Virus record (IMG/VR): IMGVR_UViG_3300021138_001458
Coordinates: 1-53,953 of that record
Reading direction: 5' to 3' (one strand)
DNA length: 53,953 nt
Origin: a virus
Lineage: Duplodnaviria > Caudoviricetes
Shown: positions 43,924 to 53,492 of the stretch, piece after piece
Layout: every line of letters begins with the position of its first letter
How positions within the stretch are numbered: the first letter of the stretch is position 1
The notes under the pieces: generated by a model
Told to the model about the DNA's origin: nothing
What the model saw: only the letters and a program-made list of their open reading frames with translations
The model's database searches: none
Made by a program: the position numbers and the translations under genes

Positions 43924-44409
43924 CTAGAAGTTTAATATACAATAATCCATTGCTATTGTAAGTTCAATTGTGATTGCGTCTTGGTTAGACCAGTCATAGG
44001 AACCGAAGTTAGACTGCTTAACAAAAGCTCCTTTAATTATCCACTCACTTACTACATCTCCAACTGGACCTAGGATTGATAAATTTAGATCTTTCTTATA
44101 GAAGTCAGAGTAACCATCTCTACCTGTAACAGATTCGTGTGATAAACGAATCCACTCCATTACTGCTTGTTGGCCTGAAGGAGAGATTGGGTTGTATAGA
44201 CTTAAAGTCATATCTTGCCACTCAGCTTTACCTTTGATTTTACGGTAAACGTTGATGTGATCAAGCTTAACTTCATTTAAGTTCACGTTTGGAGCTGAGG
44301 CAGCTTTAATCATGAAAGATGGGATACCGTCTATATACATTATAAAGCGATTCTGAACTGTAGGTTCAAAAGCTGTAAACATTATCTCATTTGGGTTCAG
44401 TACTGGCAT
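43924..44409 (-). CDS. tail tube protein (T4 gp19-like)
   Basis: FEP..QNRF...GK.EW..MTL...W......TGR..Y..YKKD..L..LGP.G..V.EW.I.GAF; downstream of the sheath gene. Confidence 0.88.
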   Translation of the reverse strand: MPVLNPNEIMFTAFEPTVQNRFIMYIDGIPSFMIKAASAPNVNLNEVKLDHINVYRKIKGKAEWQDMTLSLYNPISPSGQQAVMEWIRLSHESVTGRDGYSDFYKKDLNLSILGPVGDVVSEWIIKGAFVKQSNFGSYDWSNQDAITIELTIAMDYCILNF

Positions 44410-44468
44410 TGTTCTTATTATTTAATATAAATATCTTATGTTGATAAAATTATAACTTATGTTTAACT

Positions 44469-45251
44469 TTATTCGTCAATTCCGCCTCTATATGCTTTAT
44501 CCATAGTAGCGTGAGTGTCTTCTAGTTTTTTATAAAGCTCAGGATTCTTTTTCTTGATATAATCTTGTATCTTAGCTACAGCCATTCCACCTAATCCAAG
44601 ACTACCGATACCAGCAATAATACCAATAAGTTCTTGAGCTGAAGGCATGTCTTCGTTTAGTGTTTCTGATTCTTCTAGTTCGTTTGATTCTGCTATTTCA
44701 GTGCTACGAACTTTATTAATAAACTTTTCTAATGGTCTTGCTACTGCATGCACATCATTTATGCTACCTCTTAAGAATTTATATCCTTTAGGAGTAACTA
44801 AGATTACTACTGAAGGTGAACCTGTACCTTTGAATTCAAGACGTACAGCGTTGTTTTCTCTTTGGACGTGTATGTCACAAGTACCGCCATTACGGTACAT
44901 TTGAGATGCTATTTTATCTCCTTCGGGTTGTAGGCTTGGATCAACGTGATCTCTAGAAGTACGATATTGATCTAGTCTTCTGTACTGTTTTAACACGTCT
45001 CCTGTTTGATCTTGATCAGCAGCTTGTTGAAGAGCTTTATTCATTGCTCTCTGTTTTAGTCCTGCTGATAATTCATCAAGCTTTTCTTCTTTTGCTTTTT
45101 TAGCTCTAGTCTCATGCATTTTAAGCATCTTGCTAGTTAGTTTCATTGCATGGTCACCTTTCACACCTTTTCCCTCAGCTAATACCTCTTGTATAAGTGA
45201 TTCAAAAAGATGTTTAGGAACGTGTATTCTTAGTTTAGTATTATTTTTCAT
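44469..45251 (-). CDS. hypothetical protein between sheath and tube (possible head-packaged protein)
   Basis: 260 aa with several (L/I)xE motifs and one hydrophobic helix. Confidence 0.6.
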   Translation of the reverse strand: MKNNTKLRIHVPKHLFESLIQEVLAEGKGVKGDHAMKLTSKMLKMHETRAKKAKEEKLDELSAGLKQRAMNKALQQAADQDQTGDVLKQYRRLDQYRTSRDHVDPSLQPEGDKIASQMYRNGGTCDIHVQRENNAVRLEFKGTGSPSVVILVTPKGYKFLRGSINDVHAVARPLEKFINKVRSTEIAESNELEESETLNEDMPSAQELIGIIAGIGSLGLGGMAVAKIQDYIKKKNPELYKKLEDTHATMDKAYRGGIDE

Positions 45252-45263
45252 TTTAGTTTATTG

Positions 45264-47024
45264 TTATGCTCCGAAAGTTGCTCCGGTTGGTAAAATGTTA
45301 AAGTCTAATTGAATAAATTCAGCAGTCTTAGTTGGTTGTAGGTAGATTGCTCCGGCTAGGATATTTCTATCAATTACATCCGCTGTGTTATTAGTATCAT
45401 CCATTACAACTCTGAATGCATACAAACCTTGTTTTTGTTGTACATATTCTAGGTAAGGGTTTACTTGGCTTAAGAATTTGTTTCTTGTTACTGCAGTGTT
45501 TTGCTCAAATACTAGACTTTCAGATATTTGACCAATGTAACGTTTAAGTGCGATTAATAGTCTTCTAACGTTTATTCTATCTAAAGCTGATGCTTTTGCT
45601 TGTAAAGTCTTTTGACCATACACCACTGTACCAACTCCTGCAAGAGCAGCGATTGGATTTACTTTTCCTGCGTATAGTATGTTTCTTTGACCTACTGTTA
45701 ATCTTCTTTCTGGTTGTAATACTGTTGGTAATCCACCTCTGTTGATACCTGCTGGTGCAAACCATTCTGCAGATACTGTATCGCTATACTCGTATACAGC
45801 TGGGATAATTGTTGAGGCTGGCACATATACTAATTTACCAGTTTCAGGTGATCTTAGTTCTAACCAAGGCCAGTAAGTTGCACCGTATGAGTTATCGTAA
45901 GTTTGAGCTCCTTGAGTTGCAGAAGTTATTGATTGACCGTATCCTACTACATCAATTACAGCTATTGCATCACCACGGTTTTGTGTGTTGTCTAGTAGAG
46001 TAGCTACTTGACTAGATGCATTTTGTGAGGTTATACCAGGTACAAATATTGAATTATAGTTGTATTGATCTTTGTTTTGTAATAAGTTAAGAGCAATGTC
46101 ATAGCTAGTTGCTAATAGCCCTTGAGTATTGTTTGCATTTGAATTTGCAGCTACTATAGGAATATTACTGTACATGTTTAATGGAGCAAGTCCGTAGCAA
46201 CCGTATAAAGGTCCTGTAGCTCCACCAAATGATCCGCTATAAAGTCCTGTACCGTTTGCTGGCATAGAAGCTGTGTAGTAAGAGTATGGTTGTCCTGTAG
46301 GATCTAGGTAGTTAGGAGTTGGCATATTAACCGACTTAACTCTTACATAGTTTGAAGAGTTAGGATAGTTTCCAGAGGTTTGTAAGTAGTTGCTTCCAAA
46401 TTCATCAGTCATTACTGTTTGAGTTTGGTCACCTATTACATACTCGATGTAGTTGTTTTGGTTTGGATCTAAAGAGATATTTGACCATGTTTCTAAGATA
46501 GTCTTGCTATTTGTATAGTCATCACCTCTTCTAATTAGTAGAGTGAATAGACCTGAGCCACTATCAGATTGTGTGATCTCCCATCTAACGTTTGAATTTG
46601 ATCCTGAAGGTAGAACTCCGTTTGAAGCATACTGTGCATCACCATCATTATTCATAATAGTACCAACACTTAGGGTCTCTAAGACAAAAGAAGGGAATCC
46701 AACTCCTGCTGTGCTTGGAACATTTGCTGATGCAGGTGTGTAAGAACCTGATGCAACTCTAGTTACTAGTAGAGATGAACCTCCTTGTTGGAAGTAGTTA
46801 TAGGCTGCTAGAGAAGTTAGATACTCAAAGTTAGCTCCTCCTGAATAGAAAGTTGTTCCAAATACTGCCTTATATTGGGAGTATGAGGTTACTACAGTTG
46901 GAATGTTTTGCGGACCAACTACTGTTGGACCTACAAGTGCTGCTCCTACTGCTATTGGTCCTTGTGTTATCTGAGAGGTATCGTTTTCTCTCATGAAAAC
47001 GCCTGGTGAAAGTAATGCTTCCAT
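45264..47024 (-). CDS. contractile tail sheath protein
   Basis: SPGVF.RE.D, YWPW, WFAPAG.NRG, G.VNPI, GQKTL, DRINVRRLL, VFEQN and P.KTAEFI motifs. Confidence 0.95.
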   Translation of the reverse strand: MEALLSPGVFMRENDTSQITQGPIAVGAALVGPTVVGPQNIPTVVTSYSQYKAVFGTTFYSGGANFEYLTSLAAYNYFQQGGSSLLVTRVASGSYTPASANVPSTAGVGFPSFVLETLSVGTIMNNDGDAQYASNGVLPSGSNSNVRWEITQSDSGSGLFTLLIRRGDDYTNSKTILETWSNISLDPNQNNYIEYVIGDQTQTVMTDEFGSNYLQTSGNYPNSSNYVRVKSVNMPTPNYLDPTGQPYSYYTASMPANGTGLYSGSFGGATGPLYGCYGLAPLNMYSNIPIVAANSNANNTQGLLATSYDIALNLLQNKDQYNYNSIFVPGITSQNASSQVATLLDNTQNRGDAIAVIDVVGYGQSITSATQGAQTYDNSYGATYWPWLELRSPETGKLVYVPASTIIPAVYEYSDTVSAEWFAPAGINRGGLPTVLQPERRLTVGQRNILYAGKVNPIAALAGVGTVVYGQKTLQAKASALDRINVRRLLIALKRYIGQISESLVFEQNTAVTRNKFLSQVNPYLEYVQQKQGLYAFRVVMDDTNNTADVIDRNILAGAIYLQPTKTAEFIQLDFNILPTGATFGA

Positions 47025-47037
47025 TTATGTTATGTGT

Positions 47038-47724
47038 TTACTGTGTTTTTAATTTACAATTATCGTTATGAAACCTCTTAAATGCGCTTACTCCTTGTAT
47101 ACTCCTATTACAGTGTACGCAGGTTTGAACTTTATAGCTCGGATTACACTCCCTAAATAACTTAGTAGACTTTGCCTTTGCAGCGGTACTCTTCTTAATA
47201 TGGCCTTCTATGCAACCTTTTTTGTGAGCTTCTTTATATGATAAAGTCTTCCTCGCTTCTATAAGCACAACCTCTCTATTCTCCACTTCTTCTTTAGGTT
47301 GCACTCTTCCTCTATTTGCTTCAGAAATCTTACTCCTCGTACTTTCAGATCTACTAAGCGATCCTCTCTGTTTTTTGGTTTCTAGCAACTTTCTCTTAGT
47401 CTCCTCCTTGCTAAAGGAGTTTTCTAATCCTAATTTAACCGGTGGTCTTGTTGCTGTCGGGTTCATCATCGTATAATTCTGAACTCCGTAAAACCTATTA
47501 ATAAGTATCTGCTCTTCTAGATAAGCCTCTAGTCTCGTAGAGTGTATTGAGAGTATTTCGTAAGCGAAGCACCCATACTTGTTGTAGGCATTTTGCATAT
47601 ACTTATTACAGTGTACACCCCTCTCTAAAGCAGTGAGATGCTCTTTCATCCTACTCTCAACTCTTCCCGTAGATCCGATCTGTTTCTTAGGTCCAATTGA
47701 TATTTGATAAACGACACCCACCAT
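47038..47724 (-). CDS. degenerate GIY-YIG-like homing endonuclease
   Basis: GVVY.I...KQIGST..ESR..EH...L..G.H.N..MQ.AYNKYG...EQ; C-terminal C.HC...RFH.DNCK finger like that of 15208..15900. Confidence 0.75.
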   Translation of the reverse strand: MVGVVYQISIGPKKQIGSTGRVESRMKEHLTALERGVHCNKYMQNAYNKYGCFAYEILSIHSTRLEAYLEEQILINRFYGVQNYTMMNPTATRPPVKLGLENSFSKEETKRKLLETKKQRGSLSRSESTRSKISEANRGRVQPKEEVENREVVLIEARKTLSYKEAHKKGCIEGHIKKSTAAKAKSTKLFRECNPSYKVQTCVHCNRSIQGVSAFKRFHNDNCKLKTQ

Positions 47725-47776
47725 TTTGTTGTTTTGTTTCTAATAATAAATATCTAGAGCTGCTCTCAAAGTGATC

Positions 47777-48025
47777 TTATTGTCTTGGTTTAATCTCCCC
47801 TGTTTCCAGGTCTACTATTCCATCGCCATACTGCTGTCCGAAACTCTGTAATAGACTTTGTTCCTTAGCTCGTACCTCTTTGATCGCATTTGTTATTTTT
47901 TCCTTTTCTAGGTTGATTAAAACTTCTTGGTAACCTAATTCTCCAAGGGCTGATGCCAGTTGTAGGACTTGCTCTCTTACTGATTTTAATTGTGCTAAAT
48001 CCTCTTGTGAAATTGTTTGACTCAT
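47777..48025 (-). CDS. small coiled-coil protein
   Basis: Heptad pattern ending YGDGIVDLETGE. Confidence 0.7.
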   Translation of the reverse strand: MSQTISQEDLAQLKSVREQVLQLASALGELGYQEVLINLEKEKITNAIKEVRAKEQSLLQSFGQQYGDGIVDLETGEIKPRQ

Positions 48026-48048
48026 ATACTATATTGTTTTGTTTTTTA

Positions 48049-50640
48049 TTAAGATATTGTGATCTTAGCCCATCCGTTTCCTGCTGTAGTTGTACCTCCA
48101 GTGTAAACGTATAAGTTTAAGTTTGCACCAGTACTTCCTGACATCATCACACTACCTGTAATAGTTGTTGCTAAGGCTGGAGTTGTTGTTCTTGGTGTTA
48201 GGGTTAGTAGGTTGTTTATTGTTACTGATCCAGTTACGTTTAGTGAACCTGTTACAGTACTTGTACCTACAATCGTTTTAGATCCGCTTATGAATACACT
48301 ACCTGTGATTGTCTTAGTTCCTATTAGTGTATTTGAACCAGTCACATTTAGTGAACCACTCAATGTGCTTAATCCTATTACAGTTACACCACTACCTGAT
48401 ACTAAAAGTGAACCACTCACTGTTACAGAACCAGAACCATTTGAGCTAATGCTTCCACTGTCAAATACTACTGCTCCATTTACTGCACTGATTGATGCTA
48501 CTACTACTGGAGTAGTTGGAAGGTAGGGTGAAGCAGTACCGCCATTTCTTGTAAAATTAAAGCTACCACCTGTTCCAGAACGGCCACTAACAACGGTAAA
48601 AGTTGCACCATATCCGCTAGAAACAGCATCTCCTACGTAAGAGTACCCGTAAGTGTCGTCCGGTGTGTTATAAAATCCACTATTACTAAGGTATGCTGTA
48701 CTTCCTACATTAATAGTACTACTGACAATGTTATAAGGTGTACTGAAACCTCCTGCATTCAAAGTATTGGTAACATTTAGATCAGTAACTAATATAGCTG
48801 ATGAGGTCAATTGACCTGTTACCTTTAGTGAACCTGTTACGTTTAATGAACCTGTGATTGTACTTGTACCAACTACTGTTTTAGATCCACTTATGAATAC
48901 GCTACCTGTGATTGTTTTAGTTCCTATTAATGTATTAGAGCCTGTTATATTTAGTGATCCTGATACAGTCGTTTGACCGTTAAATACACTGCTTCCCGAT
49001 GCTTTTAGAGATCCTGATAAAGTTATAGTATTGCTAGTGATTGATGTATTGCTTCCTGATACTCCAAAGGATCCTGTAACATTTACAGCAGATCCTGATA
49101 GAGAGATTACTGTACCGTTATCAGTTATATTTGAAGATGCGATAGCAACTGAGCCACCACCAGTTGAATATTTAGTTAAAGAATATTGAGTAGATGCTGC
49201 AGAAGATACTGTTTGTCCACCGTTTACTGTTACTACCCCTGTAAGAGCTATATTAGTTGCGTTTATGCTTACTGTGCCATTTGAACTACCAGTTACAAGT
49301 AGTGAACCTGTAATTGCTAGTGATTGACTTATTACAGCATTACCTGTATATGGGAATGTAGAAGCTCCGCCTGGTGCCCAGCTTGCACTTAGTGCGTAAG
49401 ATGAACTTAATGCACGAGATGCATAAGAAGCAGTTCCTTGTAGTGAACCTGTAACTCCATAAGTTGCAGTTAATGCACCACCTATTTGAGTAGGTCCGGT
49501 TAGAGCTATGTTAGATGCTACTACGTTTACTGATCCGTTCTTCATATTTAAAGAACCAGTAAGGTTTAGTGGTCCTGTTATACCTGCACCAGCTCCTGCG
49601 CTCAGTGTACCACTTGTTCCTAGCCCTGAAGGTGTTACGAAAGTCACTGGTACTGCGTTGCCATTTCCATCGTCAAAGTAAAAAGTTGCTGCTTGGTTAG
49701 TTCCATCTACTTGTAGATAGGCTATAGTAGAGTCACTAAAAGCATCGTTCGGATTTCCTAGCTGATAGTAGTTATCCTTAAACTCTAAGACAATCCCTGT
49801 AGGGGTTCCTTCACTGTATGCAATTATTGATTCATTTGAATCGTCTATGCTTATGTGCGTATTGTTTATACCTATATATGCACCAAAATCGTATACATTA
49901 GTTCCGTAATTAAATCTAAAGCCGGCTTGTGTACCACCTGGTCCTGCTACGGTTGATAAGTTATTTGGGGTTTGGTATAAGTATCCGTATGTAATGTTGT
50001 ATGGACTTGTCCAGTATGCATTATATCCTGCAAGACCTCCGTTTAATCCAGCGGATGGTGCCCAGCTTGCACTCACTGCTAAACTTGCAGTTGATGCATA
50101 TGAGCTACTCACTGCATTCATTACATAGCTTGCTGTTTGAGCTGTTGCTGCAGCACTTGCACTTGTTGCAAAGCTTGCATATGAGGCACTTACTGCTGTA
50201 GTTGCATTGGTTGCAGTAGTGGCAGTAGTTGCAGTAGTGGCAGTAGTTGCGTTTCCTGCATTAGTTGCATAATTAGCGTTCTCAGCTGTTCCGTATATCA
50301 CTCCACCAACAACTAGATCGGTATTGATTGATGCACCTCCGTTTACTGTTAGACCAGTAGTTACTCCTAAAGCATTGACTGTAGTTGTATTGGTAGTGTC
50401 AACTACTAAAGCAGGAGATCCCTGTACATATACAGCAAGTGGATCATTTCCATTATCGTTCAACTCAGTTTGAGCTGCTGAATTACGACTGGCATCTGAT
50501 AATCCAGTAGTAAGTCTGCCCTGTAAAGCAGTTGGAATTTGATTATTAAAACTTAAGGCATCGACAATTTGTAGAATGTCGGATGGTTGCACTGGTAAGT
50601 TTACCGCAATTGACGCTGTTTGGTATTGTGTTAAAGACAT
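48049..50640 (-). CDS. tail fibre / virion fibre-like repetitive protein
   Basis: 863 aa, Gly/Ser/Thr-rich, with many ITGSLNVTGS and TASYA repeats; TATTTAT at 50671-50677. Confidence 0.7.
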   Translation of the reverse strand: MSLTQYQTASIAVNLPVQPSDILQIVDALSFNNQIPTALQGRLTTGLSDASRNSAAQTELNDNGNDPLAVYVQGSPALVVDTTNTTTVNALGVTTGLTVNGGASINTDLVVGGVIYGTAENANYATNAGNATTATTATTATTATNATTAVSASYASFATSASAAATAQTASYVMNAVSSSYASTASLAVSASWAPSAGLNGGLAGYNAYWTSPYNITYGYLYQTPNNLSTVAGPGGTQAGFRFNYGTNVYDFGAYIGINNTHISIDDSNESIIAYSEGTPTGIVLEFKDNYYQLGNPNDAFSDSTIAYLQVDGTNQAATFYFDDGNGNAVPVTFVTPSGLGTSGTLSAGAGAGITGPLNLTGSLNMKNGSVNVVASNIALTGPTQIGGALTATYGVTGSLQGTASYASRALSSSYALSASWAPGGASTFPYTGNAVISQSLAITGSLLVTGSSNGTVSINATNIALTGVVTVNGGQTVSSAASTQYSLTKYSTGGGSVAIASSNITDNGTVISLSGSAVNVTGSFGVSGSNTSITSNTITLSGSLKASGSSVFNGQTTVSGSLNITGSNTLIGTKTITGSVFISGSKTVVGTSTITGSLNVTGSLKVTGQLTSSAILVTDLNVTNTLNAGGFSTPYNIVSSTINVGSTAYLSNSGFYNTPDDTYGYSYVGDAVSSGYGATFTVVSGRSGTGGSFNFTRNGGTASPYLPTTPVVVASISAVNGAVVFDSGSISSNGSGSVTVSGSLLVSGSGVTVIGLSTLSGSLNVTGSNTLIGTKTITGSVFISGSKTIVGTSTVTGSLNVTGSVTINNLLTLTPRTTTPALATTITGSVMMSGSTGANLNLYVYTGGTTTAGNGWAKITIS
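48230..48960. repeat. internal ~128-bp duplication in the fibre gene (about 48230-48357 and 48833-48960)
   Basis: Both copies encode GSLN(V/I)TGSNTLIGTKTITGSVFISGSKT(I/V)VGTST(V/I)TGSLNVTG, with mostly synonymous differences. Confidence 0.8.
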
Positions 50641-50715
50641 TGTTAAAATCTGTTTAAAGGTTTTGCTCTAATAAATAGTGATGTCATAACACAAACCTCA
50701 ACTTGGAGATGTGAT

Positions 50716-50955
50716 TTAAGGGTTTGTTTGTTTACTTGCTTGTTTAGCTATTCTCATAGCCTCTCTTGTTTCGTCTGCAAATGCTTTCATTGATGCAGCA
50801 ATTCTATCTTTTTCTGCTTGTATAGCAGCTTCTTCTTTTTCTACTTCAGTTAATACGTCAATCTCTAATTCATCTATATCACCATCTTTTACTGCTTTAT
50901 AGATATAAACTCCAGCTACAATTAAAATCGTAAATAAAATGATTAGTCCTAACAT
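50716..50955 (-). CDS. small single-TM protein
   Basis: N-terminal hydrophobic helix and an acidic coiled-coil tail. Confidence 0.65.
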   Translation of the reverse strand: MLGLIILFTILIVAGVYIYKAVKDGDIDELEIDVLTEVEKEEAAIQAEKDRIAASMKAFADETREAMRIAKQASKQTNP

Positions 50956-50972
50956 AGTATATAGTTTTTATA

Positions 50973-51407
50973 CTAATAAATATAGTCAGAAAAGAAAATA
51001 TTACATATTTCTGATACTGTTTTATTTGTTGTATCTATACCGATAAAATTAGTAAATGGTTGTTCATAGTTAGTATGATATTTTTCTTTACTCCTAACCT
51101 CACTAGTATAAATATAATATTCTGTTAATTCATTCCCAACCTTTTGTTTGAAATTTTCACGTTGGTCTCTATAAGGTGAAACCATTGCTACTATTACATC
51201 TTTATTATTTTGATGTAGGTAGTAAGCTATATTTTGAGCTAACTCAATATTATCTCGTCTACCTTTTTCAGAATAGTCTTTATTGTTGAATAATTTTCTC
51301 ATCTGGTCACCATCTATTAAAAATGCTGATTTGAATCTATCTTTTAATAGTTCTTTGGCAATTGTGGTTTTACCAGCACCCGGTTGTCCTGTTAACCAAA
51401 TTATCAT
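50973..51407 (-). CDS. cysC: adenylyl-sulfate (APS) kinase
   Basis: IWLTGQPGAGKTT, IDGD.MR, DYS..GR..NI, VSPY...R and YE.P motifs. Confidence 0.88.
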   Translation of the reverse strand: MIIWLTGQPGAGKTTIAKELLKDRFKSAFLIDGDQMRKLFNNKDYSEKGRRDNIELAQNIAYYLHQNNKDVIVAMVSPYRDQRENFKQKVGNELTEYYIYTSEVRSKEKYHTNYEQPFTNFIGIDTTNKTVSEICNIFFSDYIY

Positions 51408-52222
51408 CTATATCTAAATTTTTCGTTATACCACTTATAGTTATTCATTATCCAGTCACAAACATCTTTACCTAGTATTTGAGTAGCTTTAGATGTTACA
51501 GGTTCTAACTTAGTTCTGATAACATGATCTCCATAAACACCGTATACTTCATCATCCTCCTTTGTAACCTGTTCTATGTTATCAAAATCGTGTTTAAAGA
51601 ACGGTATGTCTAAATAGGTATAAATTCGCTGCATTTCTCTTTCTGGGTATAGACATAGATCTTCAAACTTAACAAATAGTACTTTACTATCTATTCCCAT
51701 TCTTATCATCTCACCTAATCTCTCAAATGCCATACCAACAGGTGGATTTTGTACCCACAAGTCAATACGCTTAGGTGTTGTAGTACCTTGCATCTTAGAC
51801 CAATCTAGTAATGGACTTGCTTTATCACTAGCCTTTCTAAAATTCTTTTCCATTGAAGCAAATATATCTCTTGGATCTCTAACCATACAGATAATCTTTG
51901 GATCAGGTTGTATCATGTTTAGAAAATCGTAATGAATACCCCACCCTCTACTCTTATCAATAACATATTTCTTGTCTGTTATTCCATTGTAGAAACCATA
52001 CATTCCAGCATGACAGAAATTAAGAAAACCTAGTTTCATTAATTCTGCATCTTGTGCTTTGAATTCTGGTGAGTTAGTATAGTTACCTCTAGCTGCAAAT
52101 ACTAATTCAAGAACACCTGAAGTTGGTGTTGCATACATATCTGGATTCTGTGCTAGAATATTTTGTAATAGAGTTGAACCTGCTCTTGGTAATGAACTTT
52201 GATAAAATATTTTCTCTACCAT
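51404..52222 (-). CDS. PAPS-dependent sulfotransferase
   Basis: 5'-PSB SLPRAGSTLL, DKSRGW, 3'-PB MVRDPRDIFAS and FEDL..P motifs. Confidence 0.88.
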   Translation of the reverse strand: MVEKIFYQSSLPRAGSTLLQNILAQNPDMYATPTSGVLELVFAARGNYTNSPEFKAQDAELMKLGFLNFCHAGMYGFYNGITDKKYVIDKSRGWGIHYDFLNMIQPDPKIICMVRDPRDIFASMEKNFRKASDKASPLLDWSKMQGTTTPKRIDLWVQNPPVGMAFERLGEMIRMGIDSKVLFVKFEDLCLYPEREMQRIYTYLDIPFFKHDFDNIEQVTKEDDEVYGVYGDHVIRTKLEPVTSKATQILGKDVCDWIMNNYKWYNEKFRYR

Positions 52223-53094
52223 TATTGTTGTTTAATTGATGTAACTATTTGATCTATATTGAATACCTCTGTTTCATTGTTATACGGAAATTCTAATAAA
52301 TCTCCTGATATATTGAACTTACTTAGATAAGCTCCTTTTAATTCAGGTTTTGTTGTAAATGGATTAGATAGGATATTATCATGTAATTCATAACCAAATA
52401 CATATGGATTATTAGCTATCCAGCAAACTGTTGATTTTAATCCTAATGCAGCAGCGGTATGTTGAGCAAAACTATCTATAAATAATCTTTTAGTACTCAG
52501 GCTAATCAAAACAGATAATGATCTAAAGTTATCTGTTACCGATACAGTATTATCATACTGAAATTGGTCTTCTCTCCTTATATGTACTATTGTATACGAA
52601 TCTTTGAATTGATCTATTACTGCTGTAGCAACAGATCTTGGAATATCTCTAGCCCATGAATACTTCATGTCTGATAAAGCTCCACCATTTGTTTGTAGTA
52701 GTAGGATTGGCTTGTCAAAGTTAAACTTAGTGCTATAGAATTTCTGCTCTCTACTACTCAAATATACCTTAGGTACTTCACCGTCATACTTAATATCAAA
52801 CATATTACACCAAGTGGCTATTAGATGCTCTTCTTGTAAGAGATGGCTTGTTTCTAGGTATGGATCATGTGCAAATACTTTGAAGTCTTTACCTTCAATA
52901 TAATCCTCATAGAAATAAGAGAAACCTCCAAATGCAAATGTTCTATCTACATTTGGATTATTTAAGAATACGTCAGGATAACCTGATACTACGATTAGAG
53001 TGGATTTAGGATACTGTTTTTTAATTGCTTCGCATACGGCTGTAGCCATAATACATTTACCCATCCCACCGTTTATTTGGAAGATAATATTCAT
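52222..53094 (-). CDS. GT-B glycosyltransferase (GT9/heptosyltransferase-like)
   Basis: GGMGKCIMAT, VF.NNP.V and IDSFAQH.AAALG..S.V.W motifs. Confidence 0.75.
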   Translation of the reverse strand: MNIIFQINGGMGKCIMATAVCEAIKKQYPKSTLIVVSGYPDVFLNNPNVDRTFAFGGFSYFYEDYIEGKDFKVFAHDPYLETSHLLQEEHLIATWCNMFDIKYDGEVPKVYLSSREQKFYSTKFNFDKPILLLQTNGGALSDMKYSWARDIPRSVATAVIDQFKDSYTIVHIRREDQFQYDNTVSVTDNFRSLSVLISLSTKRLFIDSFAQHTAAALGLKSTVCWIANNPYVFGYELHDNILSNPFTTKPELKGAYLSKFNISGDLLEFPYNNETEVFNIDQIVTSIKQQ

Positions 53095-53119
53095 GTAACT
53101 AATTTAATTCTATAATAAC

Positions 53120-53464
53120 TTAGAATGACATACCAGGTATGTTAGAACCGCTTACTATACCTGTAACAGTAGTACCTACTTGACTAGCTATTATGTGTAG
53201 TGCAGTAGTATCATCTGATCCCCAGGTTGATAGCTGGTCAGAAGTTAAAGTTACTTCTTGCTGTGTTACTCTTTCAAATGCTATAACACCGTCTACTCCC
53301 ATTACTACATTACCGTATAATACTTCAAATCTTGTTTTGTCAGCACCTAATTTATATGGACGTGCTATTGCAGTCATTGCTGAACCAGATACTATTGTTG
53401 ATTCACCGAATGGTCCTTTGTTTTGGACTTGTGTTGCTGCAGGATTAATTGTTGCAAATATCAT
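53120..53464 (-). CDS. hypothetical protein
   Basis: ORF track; perfect host-type promoter upstream. Confidence 0.65.
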   Translation of the reverse strand: MIFATINPAATQVQNKGPFGESTIVSGSAMTAIARPYKLGADKTRFEVLYGNVVMGVDGVIAFERVTQQEVTLTSDQLSTWGSDDTTALHIIASQVGTTVTGIVSGSNIPGMSF

Positions 53465-53492
53465 TTGTTATTGTTTTTATGTTGTTTATAAG

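Noticed and set aside
15429-45765. Alternative-frame minus-strand ORFs nested in larger genes (15429..15620, 26658..26840, 31733..31924, 35716..35901, 45577..45765)
   Set aside because: They are short, lie largely or wholly inside recognisable genes and show no motifs.
50212-50247. 9-bp tandem repeat (t/g)gcagtagt x4 as a phase-variation tract
   Set aside because: The unit is a multiple of three and encodes TTA repeats in the fibre, so slippage would not change the reading frame.
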